From Saccostrea echinata (taxonomy: Eukaryota): 64,000 bases of DNA. Positions 1 to 14,450 of the stretch are shown piece by piece. The stretch lies in the NCBI RefSeq assembly GCF_033153115.1, contig NW_026889761.1, forward strand, positions 7,068,001 to 7,132,000, in the 5' to 3' direction. A program made the position numbers and the translations under genes. The notes beneath the pieces are model-generated. The model had not been told where the DNA came from, made no database searches, and saw only the letters and a program-made list of their open reading frames with translations. The stretch's first letter is position 1. Every line of letters starts with the position of its first letter.

Positions 1-1811
1 TGCGCTATGAAATGCCATTGTTACATTTGAAAGAATTTTGGAAAAATTCGTTTCCGGTTCCAAGTTATGGACATTTTCTGATTTTGAAATGAAATTTTAT
101 CCGCGCGAGATCTAAAGAACGGCTAAAGATATGAATTGGAGAATTGTTGGAGACCATAGAACATGACTTCTAGATATGCGGGTTTGCCTTTTCGTGCGTC
201 GTGAGTACTTCCGGTCGCTACCGGAAGCGAATTAAAAAAGTCCATTTTTTCAACTTTTACGTTTTTCAATATTTTTCTTTGATCTTAGTAGGGTTATATT
301 CCTTTACAGATGCAAGTTACCGAACATAATAGGTATCAGATTCCTTGAGCGTCATATGGCGAGACGTGTTTTGTTGCAAAACATTCAAGACTTATCATTA
401 ATGTGTTACTAAATGGAATAGTCCACTTTGGGGGTAAAGAGGAATATAAATTGTGTAAGAAAACTTAGCGCTGCCTTTATGTTACTTGCCCGTATACGAT
501 ATGTTATATGTCCAGTGTGATAAATAAACATTCTTAGGCTCGAAAATCAGGCTACAGCAACATATTTTTTTTTAATTTCATTGAAGCTATCACGTACACT
601 TATTCAATTGAAGACACATTTCAAAGAAAAGGTGCGAAGATTTACTCGTGAAGTTTGGCGCGAAATAATGTATCTTGATCCGCCTTTCACAAATGGTCTG
701 ATGCAGTAGTGTAGAAGTACAGAAAAGAGTACACGGACATGTCTGTATTTGGAATTGCATAGAATAGAAAGTTGAATGTACAAAGAATAAAGGAAGTAAA
801 CACAATAGTTTTTTTTTTAGTTTTTATCAGTAACAGATTATTTTCTCTGCTATCAATTATTGTTAAAACTCAAGTAACAAATCCGATGTAAATCTACTAG
901 CACTTCTCAAAATTTAGCTGGCTAGTTTTCATCCTATAAGTCCGCACTATAAGAAAAAATAATAACCTGCCCGACACTCGTTACTTCAGGGAATGAGTGC
1001 AAGGTAAACATCGATGATGGCTGGTACATTGCGCTAGTGTAGTGGTTTCAATATTAAAGAACAAGAACCGCTTAGGACCTTTATTGGCCCTATGAATTTC
1101 AGGAAAACTGAAACTGCTTGGTTTTAGTTGACAATGCATTAAATATCATTTAGACCTTTGATGACTACGTATCTATCAAAAATGACGTAATTTTCTTGCT
1201 AGCCTATGCATTACGACGTCATGAAATGCGTCATTTTCCTCGTATCCTGAAAATTTCTACAAAACAGCCAATTTTTAAAGCTATTTTTCGATATTTAATA
1301 TAGGACGTAACCTCTGATCTTAAATATGCAACTATTAAATGATAGAACTGTTTCTGAGGATTACAAAACCTGTTTTATTTTTTAGATCAGAGGATGCGCT
1401 CATATTATTTCTCTTCTTTCTTTTTAAAACTAAAACTTGCATCACTTTAATGCATCTCTTTCGCTGTTTTGAAATGTTAGATTCCACTAACATTTCAAAA
1501 TAAATAAAACGTCAACTTCCGGTCTATTGCTCAACAACAGTAAACGACTGAAGTCTAAAACTTTCAGGACTGATAGTCAGTCATCAGTTTATTTGAATCG
1601 TGACAAAATCTTGTATCGCCGTTACTTTTGGTCGTGACAGGAAGTGATGCAAAAAAGGGAATGGTTAATGGTTAGCACGTTGGATTTTCAGGCTGACTAC
1701 CAGGGTTAAATCTCCAAAGTGTCTGAATTTCTTTTTTCACTTTTTCAGCTTGGGTTTTCTTTTTTTCAGAATCGGACGGAAGACCTCTCATTGCTCGCAA
1801 TGAGTTTCTAG
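1..1811 (+). mobile_element. Non-autonomous Helentron/HINE-like element, copy A1 (5' end lies outside the window)
   Basis: Ends GGAAGACC, hairpin CTCATTGC-TC-GCAATGAG, then TTTCTAG followed by a TTA repeat; near-identical to 2351-4159. Confidence 0.75.
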
Positions 1812-4159
1812 TTATTATTATTATTCTTATTTTTTAGACAAATTTTGTGCACGCAATATCTCGAGAACTATTCAGTGGTTTTTCATCAAACTTTCAGGGA
1901 TAATGCGCTATGAAATGCCATTGTTACATTTGAAAGAGTTTTGGAGAAATTCGTTTCCGGTTCCAAGTTATGGACATTTTTCTGATTTTGAAATGACATT
2001 TTATCCGCGCGAGATCTAAAGAACGGCTAAAGATATGAACTGGAGACTTGTTGGAGAGCATAGAACATGACTTCTAGATATGCGGGTTTGTCTTTTCGTG
2101 CGTCGTGAGTACTTCCGGTCGCTACCGGAAGCGAATTTAAAAAGTCAATTTTTTCAACTTTTACGTTTTTCAATATTTTTCTTCGATTTTAATAGGGTTA
2201 ATAGAGACTTTTATTGTAATGCTTAATATATAATTTGTTTTTTAAATTGTCTACCAGAATACATTTTAAAAATAGATTTTTTACACAAATCTTGTGCACG
2301 CAATATCTCAAGAAGTATTCAATGGTTTTCCATCATACTTTCAGGGATAATGCGCTATAAAATGCCATTGTTACATTTGAAAGAATTTTGGAAAAATTCG
2401 TTTCCGGTTCCAAGTTATGGACATTTTCTGATTTTGAAATGAAATTTTATCCGCGCGAGATCTAAAGAACGGCTAAAGATATGAATTGGAGAATTGTTGG
2501 AGACCATAGAACATGACTTCTAGATATGCGGGTTTGCCTTTTCGTGCGTCGTGAGTACTTCCGGTCGCTACCGGAAGCGAATTAAAAAAGTCCATTTTTT
2601 CAACTTTTACGTTTTTCAATATTTTTCTTTGATCTTAGTAGGGTTATATTCCTTTATAGATGCAAGTTACCGAACATAATAGGTATCAGATTCCTTGAGC
2701 GTCATATGGCGAGACGTGTTTTGTTGCAAAACATTCAAGACTTTTCATTAATGTTTTACTAAATGGAATAGTCCACTTTGGGGGTTAAGAGGAATATAAA
2801 ATGTGTAAGAAAACTTAGCGCTGCCTTTATGTTACTTGCCCGTATACGATATGTTATATGTACAGTGTGATAAATAAACATTCTTAGGCTCGAAAATCAG
2901 GCTATAGCAACATATTTTCTTTTTAAATTTCATTGAAGCTATCACTACACTTATTCAATTGAAGACACATTTCAAAGAAAAGGTGCGAAGATTTACTCGT
3001 GATGTTTGGCGCGAAATAATGTATCTTGACCCGCCTTTCACAAATGGTCTGATGCAGTAGTGTAGAAGTACAGAAAAAGATTACATGGACATGTCTGTAT
3101 TTGGAATTGCATAGAATAGAAAGCTGAATGCATAAAGAATAAAGGAAGTAAACACAATAGTTTTTTTTTTAGTTTTTATCAGTAACAGATTATTTGCTAT
3201 CAGCTATCAGTTATTGTTAAAAATCAAGTAACAAATCCCATGTAAATCTACTAGCACTTGCACAAAATTTAGCTGGCTAGTTTTCATCCTATAATTCGGC
3301 ACTATAAGAAAACAAAATTAACCTGCCTGACACTCGTTACTTCAGGGAATGAGTGCAAGGTAAACATCGATGATGGCTGGTACATTGCGCTAGTGTAGTG
3401 GTTTCAATATTAAAGAACAAGGTTCTCTTAGGACCTTTTTTGGCCCTGTGAATTTCAGAAAAACTGAAACTGCTTGGTTTTAGTTGACAATGCATTAAAT
3501 ATCATTTAGACCTTTGATGACTGCGTATCTATCAAAAATGATGTAATTTTCTGGCTAGCCTATGCATTAAGACGTCATGAAATGCGTCATTTTCCTCGTA
3601 TCCTGAAAATTTCTACAAAACAGCCAACTTTTAAAGCTATTTTTCGATATTTAATTTAGGACGTAACCTCTGATCTTAAATATGCAACAATTAAATGATA
3701 GAACTATTTCTGAGGATTACAAAACCTGTTTTATTTTTTTAGATCAGAGGATGTGCTCATATTATTTCTCTTCTTTCTTTTTTAAACTAAAACTTGCATC
3801 ACTTTATTGCATCTCTTTCGCTGTTTTAAATTATGTAAGATTCCACCGGAAATAATCGTCAACTTCCGTTCTATTGCTCGGAAACAGTAAACGACTGAAG
3901 TCTAAAACTTTCAGGACTGATAGTCAGTCATCAGTTTATTTGAATCGTGACAAAATCTTGTATCGCCGTTACTTCCGATCGTGACAGGAAGTGATGCAAA
4001 AAAAGGGAATGGTTAATGGTTAGCACGTTGGATTTTCAGGCTGACGACCAGGGTTAAATCTCATGAGTGTCTGAATTTCTTTTATCACTTTTCAGCTTGA
4101 GTTTTCTTTTTTTTCAGAATCGGACGGAAGACCTCTCATTGCTCGCAATGAGTTTCTAG
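1812..4159 (+). mobile_element. Helentron/HINE-like element, copy A2 (head-to-tail with A1, ~2.35 kb unit, internal ~450 bp subrepeat)
   Basis: Same 3' hairpin and CTAG (4156-4159); direct repeat of the preceding sequence; ~1830-2190 is repeated at ~2280-2640. Confidence 0.75.
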
Positions 4160-4160
4160 T

Positions 4161-4776
4161 ATTCTTAATATTATTGTATAGACGAAATTTTGTAAAGGAC
4201 TTTGTCCGCTCCATTTCTCCAGAACAGCTTAAGATATGAAAGTTAACTCTGTCAGATATCATAGATAATGACTTGTAGATGTCACCATAAATATTCTTTC
4301 CGTCGTCAATACTTCCGGTTGTCACAGAAATTGGATTAAAAAGTCGATTTTTTCAATTTCTTCGTCTTTCTAACTTCTTTTTTCTGTAATATTCATAGGG
4401 TATGTAAAGGCCCCTCTTTGAAGATTTTACGTATTACCAGTTTCTTGATAGGATTAAGAAGGAATTAAATATCTTTAAATATCTTAGAATTTCCGAAAAC
4501 GTAGGACCAACGTTTCTTAAACACTACAAAATATTGATTTTCCCCCCGTATATATAGTTTGCGGGGACTGCTCAGTGCTCATTCACGTAGGAAGAGGTGT
4601 AGAGTTAACTTCTACCTGGTGATTGGGATAGGCCAGAAAAACCTTCCTGTTGCCATGGAAACGAGTTTTTATTCAATAAAAACGGTTCTATATGATATGT
4701 GTGTGCATTTTATTCGCCCCTCTTTTTTGTCAACTGTAGAAGACATTGCCATCTTTACTGACCCCCCCCCCCCACC

Positions 4777-4809
<33 letters not shown>

Positions 4810-6853
4810 CTTTTCTCTTTTTCGCTTTTATGTTATGGATTCTTAATAAAATGACCTTGACTTGCATATCACAAGCAACTCTTCTTGAAGTTTTCAAAAT
4901 GATAAAGCTTAATTCTTTGTACAAAATAATGGTAATTTACATGTTTATGTTCAAGACCCCCCCCCCCTCCTTCCTCGAAGCAACCAGGTAGAATACACAG
5001 ATATAAAATTCACAACTTATAAGGAACTTCTTAAGAGTTTCATTAATAAAATTCAGTTCCCCTGATGTGATTTGATATTTTGCTACCATTCATTCTTCTT
5101 CTGTTTTGTCTATAGAATTTATAATTATTTTATTTAGAATTAATTTATCATTAGAAAGTAGTGGTTGTCAGCTGCATTCATTAGCATTTCGCGTTTTCTT
5201 GTATATCTATTACTTGCATATTAATCATTTCATTAAATAATATTTAAAAGTATTAAAACTTCATTTCTCTTAAATTTTATTCATTTGTAAATCCTTGGAT
5301 CCGCTCCTGCAGGTGCGCGAAAGCCTCATCACTACTGTAAACAAATTATTCATCACGCCGAAAATGTTCATGATTCCGCTAAACTAAGAAAGTTTACACA
5401 TAGTTTTTCATCTCATAAACAACCATCAGCCCTGTCCAATGCAGAAATGCTCGAATTGAAGGGGAAAATTCAGGAATTGTTTTGCGTCAGCCATGTTTTG
5501 ACGTGAACCTTACACGGTATTCTGTAATATTCTTAATATTATTGTATAGACGAAATTTTGTAAAGGACTTTGTCCGCTCCATTTCTCCAGAACAGCTTAA
5601 GATATGAAAGTTAACTCTGTCAGATATCATAGATAATGACTTGTAGATGTCACCATAAATATTCTTTCCGTCGTCAATACTTCCGGTTGTCACAGAAATT
5701 GGATTAAAAAGTCGATTTTTTCAATTTCTTCGTCTTTCTAACTTCTTTTTTCTGTAATATTCATAGGGTATGTAAAGGCCCCTCTTTGAAGATTTTACGT
5801 ATTACCAGTTTCTTGATAGGATTAAGAAGGAATTAAATATCTTTAAATATCTTAGAATTTCCGAAAACGTAGGACCAACGTTTCTTAAACACTACAAAAT
5901 ATTGATTTTCCCCCCGTATATATAGTTTGCGGGGACTGCTCAGTGCTCATTCACGTAGGAAGAGGTGTAGAGTTAACTTCTACCTGGTGATTGGGATAGG
6001 CCAGAAAAACCTTCCTGTTGCCATGGAAACGAGTTTTTATTCAATAAAAACGGTTCTATATGATATGTGTGTGCATTTTATTCGCCCCTATTTTTGTCAA
6101 CTGTAGAAGACATTGCCATCTTTACACCCCTCCCCCCTTTTTCTCTTTTTCGCTTTTATGTTTTGCATTCTTTATAAAATGACCTTGACTTTCATATCAC
6201 AAGCAACTCTTCTTGACGTTTTTAAAATTATAAGCCTTAATTCTTTCTACAAAGTAATGCTAATTTACATGTTTATGTTCAAGACCCCCCCCCCTTTCCT
6301 CGAAGCAACCAGGTAGAATACACAGATATAAAATTTACAACTTATAAGGAACTTCTTAAGAGTTTCATTAATAAAGTTCGGTTCCCCTGATGTGATTTGA
6401 TATTTTACTACCATTCATTCTTCTTCTGTTTTGTCTTTAGAATTTATAATTATTTTATTTAGAATTAATTTATCTTTAGAAAGTAGTGATTGTCAGCTGC
6501 ATTCATTAGCATTTCGCATTTTCTTCTATATCTATTACTTGCATATTAATAATTTCATTAAATAATATTTAAAAGTATTAAAACTTCATTTCTATTAAAT
6601 TTTATTCATTTGTAAATCCTTGGATCCGCTCCTGCAGGTGCGCGAAAGCCTCATCACTACTGTAAACAAATTATTCATCACGCCGAAAATGTTCATGATT
6701 CCGCTAAACTAAGAAAGCTTACACATAGTTTTTCATCTCATAAACAACCATCAGCCCTGTCCAATGCAGAAATGCTCGAATTGAAGGGGAAAATTCAGGA
6801 ATTGTTTTGCGTCAACCATGTTTTGACGTGAACCTTACACCGCATTCTGTTAT
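4161..6853. repeat. Tandem duplication of a ~1.35 kb HINE-derived unit (4161-5528 and 5529-6853)
   Basis: Both copies begin ATTCTTAATATTATTGTATAGACG and are near-identical; copy 1 has a C/(CA)n expansion at ~4760-4810. Confidence 0.9.
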
Positions 6854-6854
6854 T

Positions 6855-8400
6855 AAGGTCTTCCGTTTCAGACGGAAGACCTTATAGTGATTCTACTGTT
6901 TTTTCTTATTAGGGTCTTCCGAGCTTCCTTCGGAAGACCCTTCTGTTATTCTACTGTTTCTTATTATTATTTTTTTTTTTCCCGCCGATTTTCAGCAGGC
7001 GATTTCTCGGAGACCTTTTGTCCGATTGCTATGAAACTTTCAGGGTAGATACAATGTATTATTGCCTAAAAACGGTTTTTTCAAATTTTTTATATATACC
7101 TCCGTTCATGAGTTATTGCCTTTTAATCGATATTTGGAGGGTCTCTTGTCCAGTAGAATTCTCAATAACGACACATGATATTTGCATGAAAATTGGAGAA
7201 CTTGTAACTCATACATTGCAGATGCGCAGAACATTAAAGTTGTAGGCTATTTTTTTTAAGTTCGGAAGCTATGTGACGGCAAGTTTTAAGAATTATTTTT
7301 CCATGAAATTTTGCTGCTTTTTGTTTAATAACTTTTAAACTGATAGAAATTTGGTAAGACATATAGAATAAAAGTTGTGTGTAATTACGAGAGCTTTCAG
7401 ATAACATCAAGAAAAAGGGGCTGGCCCCTATATTCAGGGGACAGCAGGTCATAAAAGTATTTTTTGGATAGCTAAAAATATTAAAATATTATGAAAAAGT
7501 TTGAATGACATAATTTCTAACATATTAAATCTTGTCATATGGTATAAAGAGAAACAAGCTCCGTGCTATATTTTATTCTAATTTATATAATAATTATTCG
7601 AGAATCGTACAGGAACAAGTTGTCTACAAACCCACGCCCTTTTAAGGCATCGTAACACATGCTTGTACGTTTTTAGATAGTTGTTGTGTTTTAAATAAAT
7701 TGTTTTGATTCGATTTCTCTGTTTTCTTTTATTTAAATCGTTTATAAATGCAAGTTATTTACACAAGTAAATGTAAATCAACATTTACTAATGCATCCGT
7801 ATAGAAAAAGTCTTAATCGGGGCCTGTTTGTAACCTGGATGTAAACAATCACGAGCGGCATTGTGGGAAGAAGACACTAAAGACCCGATATACGAAAAAC
7901 ATGATTTGATCTGATGCTTTGTTGGTAAATATTTCAAAAAAGTGTAGTTTAGTATAGCATAATGCTTCATAATCAATAATTTTTAAAAAATAAATCATGT
8001 ATAACACTCAATCTGATTATTTTATTTTTTGAAAAATCATCAGGTCGAATATATCAGGTCTTTAGTATATCAAGTCTTTAGTACGTCCCCGGAAGTACAT
8101 TTAGCCATGCAAGTCGGAATTACAGACAGAAATGTGAAGTTGACAGTTGTACATTTTCTTAACGTACGAGCCGTATGTAGACATACACATTTAATCCACA
8201 TCTACGAAGCACATAAAAATCCTTGGTTTGCGTACAGGGAGCATTAGTTTTAAAGGGATATATATATTCCTGCGCAAATTGTTTACGAGGAAATTCTGAC
8301 GATCACATTGACAGCGATGAACAGTCTTGTGTCGGAGTTTTCTGTGATAAATGTAGCGAGTGATGAAAGAGTTCACGGTGACATTTTAATATATGATTGG
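6855..8400 (+). mobile_element. Two stacked HINE 5' ends and an element body (right boundary approximate)
   Basis: 5' hairpins AAGGTCTTCCGT..ACGGAAGACCTT (~6856) and GGGTCTTCCGA..TCGGAAGACCC (~6913), TTA/T run, body similar to 24900-25500. Confidence 0.6.
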
Positions 8401-8774
8401 CGTGGACCTTGGAAATGAAGGTTAGAATTTTTCTTATCTAAAATTTAACAGCTGCTTACAGCACTGATGTTTACATGTATATGCCAGCAAATGTATAAAT
8501 GTACGCACAAACACTGATGTATGTTATCTGTTTTATGGTTCAGTCTCTGTCTGTTAGCCCTGACATGACATTGTCAAATCCCCATTGCTTTAAATTATAT
8601 TTAAATGCATGAGAGCATGTAATTTCACCAAGACTTACTTTTTTGATTGAAACAAAAAAATGCAAAAATTCAGCAATACACTATCTAACATACTACATGT
8701 ATAAACATGATAATTATTGTTATATATTCTTCAACAAGTATGAATAGCTGTTATAACCAGGGCCTATATTAATA

Positions 8775-9262
8775 TTATAATTTGTTATACCTTTAAAAAT
8801 TTGTTCCTATACCAGCTAGTGTACACTTAAAATGTCTAACATTTCCAATGTTTTATGAGCGGTCATAAAAAATCTATGTTGAACCGCAAAGTGAGATATT
8901 GAACCCGTCGATGAGATCATTGGACCATTTACATATTACAGTTTGCGCGGGATTAGTTAAATCTCATTTGCATTCATTGGTGTTCGACAGTTACAGAATT
9001 GACAGAGTTTTACCTCAGTGCTGGTAAAGGAAATTTACATTACGGAAGCCAGTACAAAATACATGTATGTCAAACAAAAAAAGAAAATAAAAGATATAAC
9101 AAAACATTTATTGACCGTGTTCTCGGGGTAAAATGCAATTTGCTGACCCCTTGAACCTAACTGTTTCCCTTCGGCCTAATGGCCTCAGGCAAACAGTTTG
9201 GTTCTTGGGTCTGACAAAACACATGTTGCCCTCGAACCCAGTTAGTAAATGTGTATTATTAT
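8775..9262 (+). mobile_element. Non-autonomous long-hairpin element (possibly Crypton-type); inverted second copy at 37705-38125
   Basis: ~160 bp imperfect palindrome at ~9100-9260; homology to 37705-38125 on the opposite strand. Confidence 0.6.
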
Positions 9263-9369
9263 TGGAAAATCTCAAAAATGTCACTCAGTTAAATTGCAAA
9301 AGAAATTTGGAAATATATTTATACATAAAAGTTTGAATTATTTCTGTGATAAGTCTGCAGGATGGTTTG

Positions 9370-9950
9370 TGTTTTGTTTATTGCCCCTTCAAATTTTTTT
9401 TAGTCATATTATTATGCCACCACTTGCTGGTGGAGGCCTGCAAATATATACCTGTACTTGACACTTATGGCCTTTGGGAAGTGAGGGATCTTTTTCGTGC
9501 CAGCACCTTCTGTGACACAGAACCTCGGTTTATACGGTTTCATCCGAGGAACCTATCTCCACATCCAGCTGTGGGATTCGAACCTGCGACGTAAGGATCA
9601 GCTTCTTACTGACACTTGATTGATTGTATGTTGTTTTACATCTTACCTGAGAATTTTTCTCTCGTATTGAGACATTACCACATACTGGTGAAGGGCTTCA
9701 AACATAGACCCTAATACTTGGCACTAAGACCCATTGAGCAGTGAGGGTTCTTTATTGTCCCAAAATCTACTGTGAGGTTTTTACGGTCTCATCTGAAAAA
9801 CCTTTGACTTTCATTCTAATGCTGGGCGCTTGGTGAAGGAACCTTCACAACCTATATGTTTATGTCTTAGGTTTGACACAGCAAATGAGAATCAAACCCA
9901 GGCCTCCTGATTACAAAATGATCGAATGCCCTACAACTAGGCTACCATTA
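9370..9950 (-). mobile_element. Two degenerate tRNA-derived SINE copies
   Basis: Reverse-complement similarity to the SINE at 11070-11375, including B-box GGTTCGAATCC at ~9575-9585. Confidence 0.65.
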
Positions 9951-10072
9951 CAGATAATGAACTAGATTAATTACCATGTAAAACATTGTTTAGTAAAAAA
10001 TTAGTTCTTGAAATTAGAAAACAGAATTTTTTTATGATTGGGGTATGTAAACTTAGAGTGGTATTTGGGTTA

Positions 10073-10246
10073 TACAGTAAAACACGCTTACTGCGAACAG
10101 ACTTAAATAAGGAATTGAAGCGTATAGTTAAGTGATTTTCATTCCTTGTGGTTTTAAAACATACTGAAAACTAAACTGAAAAATGAATACATTTATAATG
10201 AATCAAAATTATTTGTCCCTGGCACTTATTAGCAAGTTTTACTGTA
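10073..10246. mobile_element. Tc1/mariner-type MITE
   Basis: TA-CAGTAAAAC...GTTTTACTG-TA inverted ends. Confidence 0.55.
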
Positions 10247-11069
10247 AAGACAAAATAATGGGGATTTGTTTTCACAGTGGCTGTATATTGTGAATTATTC
10301 AATTAGTCGATTGCAACTTTTCAGCTTTAAGCTAATCTCGTTCAAGCAGATGCTTGTCTGTCTCCATAAACTCCAACGAGCAGGAGTTTATGGACACATT
10401 CGAGCATCTGCTTGAATGAGACTAGTTTTACACATTCTATCTACATGATCTAAGTGGTAATTTTTTTTTTAAAAAAAAATATGTATACTGGTATATATTA
10501 TTTAAAAATTACATATTATACAGAAAATACCGACTAACTGGTTATGAAAATCATAACCCGTCATCCCATACTAAACCAGTTACTATTATATTTCTGACTG
10601 ATTAGATGGTTACCCAGTTGACCATTGCCATTCCTAATAAATTTTTTACATGTATAAGTTATGTGCATTTCCTTTGTGAAATCATGAAAAAAAACTCCTA
10701 TTTAATCCCTATACATGTATATATTATATTTTTTAATTACATACTCAAAATTGACTGCATGTAAACATCTATTTAATAGTCAGTACTTTTTACAAATAAT
10801 ACACGGAAAATGTGATATCTTTGAACTCTGTTTGATGGTTTCATTAGGGATGTCAATTAGTGATGGAACATCGGTTAATTTTCATAACCGATCATCGATT
10901 GGAATCGGTTACTGCTTCTGATGCAATTTTACCGATTATAATCAGATTTCATAGTTTTGTATACAAAAAGCAGACTATTACAATTATTTCATAGTATTTC
11001 TTTAACATGAATATGTAAAATATATAATACATTATTTTCTTTGTTTTGCTTCTTTTACACTTTCTAGGC

Positions 11070-11375
11070 ATCACCCGCGTGGCACAGTGGTTAGAGCGTC
11101 TGCTCTAGAGTCGCAGAGTAAGGTGTTGACCCTTACGTCGCGGGTTCGAATCCCACTGTGGGACGTGGAGACCGGTCCTTCGGATGAGACCATATAAACC
11201 GAGGTCCCGTGTTGCATTAGGTGCTGGCACGAAAAAGATCCCTCACTGCTCAATGGTCGTATAAGTGCCGAGTATAGGACAAAATTTGCAGCTCTCCACC
11301 GGCAAGTGGTGGTGTCTCCATATGAGTGAAAAATTCTCGAGAGGGATGTTAAACAACATACAAACAAACAAACAA
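11070..11375 (+). mobile_element. Full-length tRNA-derived SINE
   Basis: A-box TGGCACAGTGG, B-box GGTTCGAATCC, (CAAA)n tail, 13-bp TSD ACACTTTCTAGGC at 11057-11069 and 11376-11388. Confidence 0.92.
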
Positions 11376-11385
11376 ACACTTTCTA

Positions 11386-11819
11386 GGCCTAAAAAAATTG
11401 TTTTCATTTCCTGTAACATTCCCAAAAAATCAAGGGTCAGTAGGTCGGGAATTTTTTTCTTTTTTTTTTGGTTTGTTTGTTTGTTTTTGTTTTTGCTTAT
11501 GAATAATGGGGTCAAACATCCCAAGACTGAATTATCCAGGTGTTACATTTACAGTGGACACCCAACATGGCTGACTAGCGGCAGAAAACGAACCTCAAAA
11601 AGTTGTGGGGGAATTACTCTTTATATTTAAGGTAAATGTTGACTAAGTTGCATATTTTATATCTCAAATTAAAGATACAATTAATATTTTTTGAATAAAA
11701 AGAATCAGCTGATTGATCAAACCAAAGAGCAAACACAGATTTGGCAGAAAAAAATCTACCTGGGGGTAAATTGAATGGGTTGATCGGGTTACAGGAAACA
11801 CACATAATTTTTTTAGGCC
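11386..11819. mobile_element. MITE with GGCC termini (Zator-like)
   Basis: ~30 bp TIR GGCCTAAAAAAATT...TTTCCTGTAAC at both ends. Confidence 0.7.
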
Positions 11820-12106
11820 ATATATATGCACTTTTCGGTTCTTAATCACCTCTGCTTCATGCTAGTTGGCAAGTATCAGATGCAGACGCCATTTTCTTTC
11901 ATTAAGAAGAAATAAATTCTAAACCAGAAATGGATGATTCCGGAATGTATTGTATTAGAAGTATGTTTCCAATGATCGATTATGAAAAATTATAATCGAT
12001 CATCAGAATCGGTAGCATTTTTTCGTCGACAATCGATGTTTTCTGATTATCGGTACAACACTAATGTCAATGAATATTCGAGTACTCGACTATCATTCAA
12101 TCATAT

Positions 12107-13792
12107 TGACCAAAGTTACCATTAAACACTGTTTTGATAAGAAATAGTTTCTTTTGGATTGTAGGAGTTGGTCATTTTTGAAGTAACACAAAGAATATGG
12201 GGTTAAGGTGGTTGACTGTCAATTGGTGGGGTCACTTATTTGCCTCTAACTTTTTTATTTTTCATTGAAATAAGACATATTTAGTATATTTTTACTCAGA
12301 ATTGATTGCACTTTCTAAATATGGAAAGTTGTTTTAATTGAAAAGCAAACTTTGAAAGTTCAAGAAACACCAATTTTCAGAAATATGTAATTTAGTCTAA
12401 TTCTTCTCTAAATAAGTTTATTGATGTATACCATTTTCAAAACTCACCATATTTTTTTAATTTGACCCTTATTCATTTAGGTAGGGAGACCTAAACATAA
12501 GGGGGGTAAACCTTTCCCAGTACACATTTTCAAAGAGTTTGAAGCATCAGCATAACAAATCTTAACAGAGTAAGGCAATTTTTTTCTGAGAAAAATTTAT
12601 TTGTTTGAAAATAATACTTTGGGCACTGACACATATAATTTATCAAATTTTGATGCAATTACTTAGTATTAATTAAAATTAAAGGGGCTTAATTATTGCG
12701 ATATCACTGAAATTACATAAACTAGCTTACTCTATTTTACATGTATTTCACTAAATATCATTATTTTGAAAGAAAGAATGAGGTAGTATGCAAAAATATC
12801 AGTTCACAGAACCACATCGATTCAAAGATTGCTGTGCTTTAAATTTTTTTCAAATTAGACCCATTTTACTATTGATGATTACATAAAAAAAATACCACCC
12901 TCCCCTTCATTTTCCCCCCATTTGTCTTCCATAATGTGATAGAACTTAAACTTTTCATATTTTCATATAGATTATATATTTTTCTTTAAGTTAAAACAAA
13001 ACAGATGGTCTTTTTGCATATTTAATAAAAAAAAAAATATCAAAAATATGTACATTTTCATGTAATTATTGGATTCTACTAAGCACCTGAAATTTACTCA
13101 CAAATGCCAAGTAAGGACAGTATGATCACTTTAAATATTCAGGGGAATCAAATGCATGTATTTGATCATTCAGATATGTTGAAATTGAATGTAATATACT
13201 CAGAAAAAGGACAGTCAGGAAAATCAGATCTCCACAGTAAATTTTCAATAGAATCAGGTAATGGTTGGAGGGGTAGGGTAGATAACTGCAATTTCCAGGA
13301 CACTTCTTCTTGAACCTTTGATGCAAGAGGGGTTTTTGTATATTACAATAAATATCCTGAAAAACAGATTAGGTTTTCTTTTTGCAAACAAGCTATACAT
13401 GTATAAATTCAAGCAATTAAGTGGTAAAATGGGATTTCTCACAACATCAAAAATAGGAGAGTATGTGTTACAAGTGAGTACATTTCATCAAGGCATGTAA
13501 TTCTTATTGAATTTTTTATATGTAGCTGCATTTGAAATTGATCAAAGTTACCATTAAACACTGTTTTGATAAGAAATAGTTTCTTTTGGATTGTAGGAGT
13601 TGGTCATTTTTGAAGTAACACAAAGAATATGGGGTTAAGGTGGTTGACCGTCAATTGGTGGGGTCACTTATTTGCCTCTAACTTTTTTATTTTTCATTGA
13701 AATAAGACATATTTAGTATATTTTCACTCAGAATTGATTGCACTTTCTAAATATGGAAAGTTGTTTTAATTGAAAAGCAAACTTTGAAAGTT
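12107..13792. repeat. ~254 bp direct repeat (12107-12360 and 13539-13792), offset 1432
   Basis: Near-identical sequence starting TTGA(C/T)CAAAGTTACCATTAAAC. Confidence 0.9.
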
Positions 13793-13794
13793 AA

Positions 13795-14450
13795 AGGTGG
13801 CAGCGGATAGTTTCGTACTAAAGACCCGGTCAAATTTCTTTAAAAACTGAGATATCCCGTGTTTGATGTGATATTTTATGTAGAAAAATGATAAGAATAA
13901 TTATGGGACACATTTGCAGTGTAGCAGAGTGCTTGCTGAAAAAAGTGATGTGCAACATGTAGGTGTCACTATGACGCTTATCATATACAGAGTTGTAAAT
14001 GCGAAACTAAGACACGTGGTCAGTTGAAGAGGAAATTCAGCTGAAAAGCAGTAGGCCTTAGAAGAAGATGTGTTTCTCAGAGGGAAGGTGAATGGCCCCA
14101 TACCAATTGGTGAATTTTCATTAGGACATGCATTGATTTACAGACTACTGGGTGTTTAATCCTGCTCGCTCGGGCCTGGGGGTTGGTAATGTATGGGTGC
14201 GACTGAGGCCCAAATCTTGGAAAAACAAGACAAAATTTGGGGAGTCCCCAGGTGCATTTTTGGTACATGTGCACTCTAATGAACAGATTACATGTAATTT
14301 GTTGACATAATTTGTGAGCCACGAGCATATGAAGTGTAATTAATTAGCCCTTGGAAAACTTTCCCCATGTACATGTTTTTATGGATCGCATGTATATGTG
14401 TACCCCCTCGGCACATGTTTGGCATTAAAAAAAACTATCCTCTGCCACGT
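13795..14450. mobile_element. TIR element, possibly Kolobok-like; partial second copy at ~41517-41700
   Basis: TIR AGGTGGCAGCGGATAGTTT / ACGTGGCAGAGGATAGTTT; TTAA on the left only. Confidence 0.6.

Larger units (their letters stand above)
10858..12063. mobile_element. Inner hAT-like non-autonomous element
   Basis: TAGTG...CACTA ends; perfect 8-bp TSD ATGTCAAT at 10850-10857 and 12064-12071. Confidence 0.85.

Noticed and set aside
11070-11165. tRNA gene
   Set aside because: It is the head of a SINE with tail and TSD
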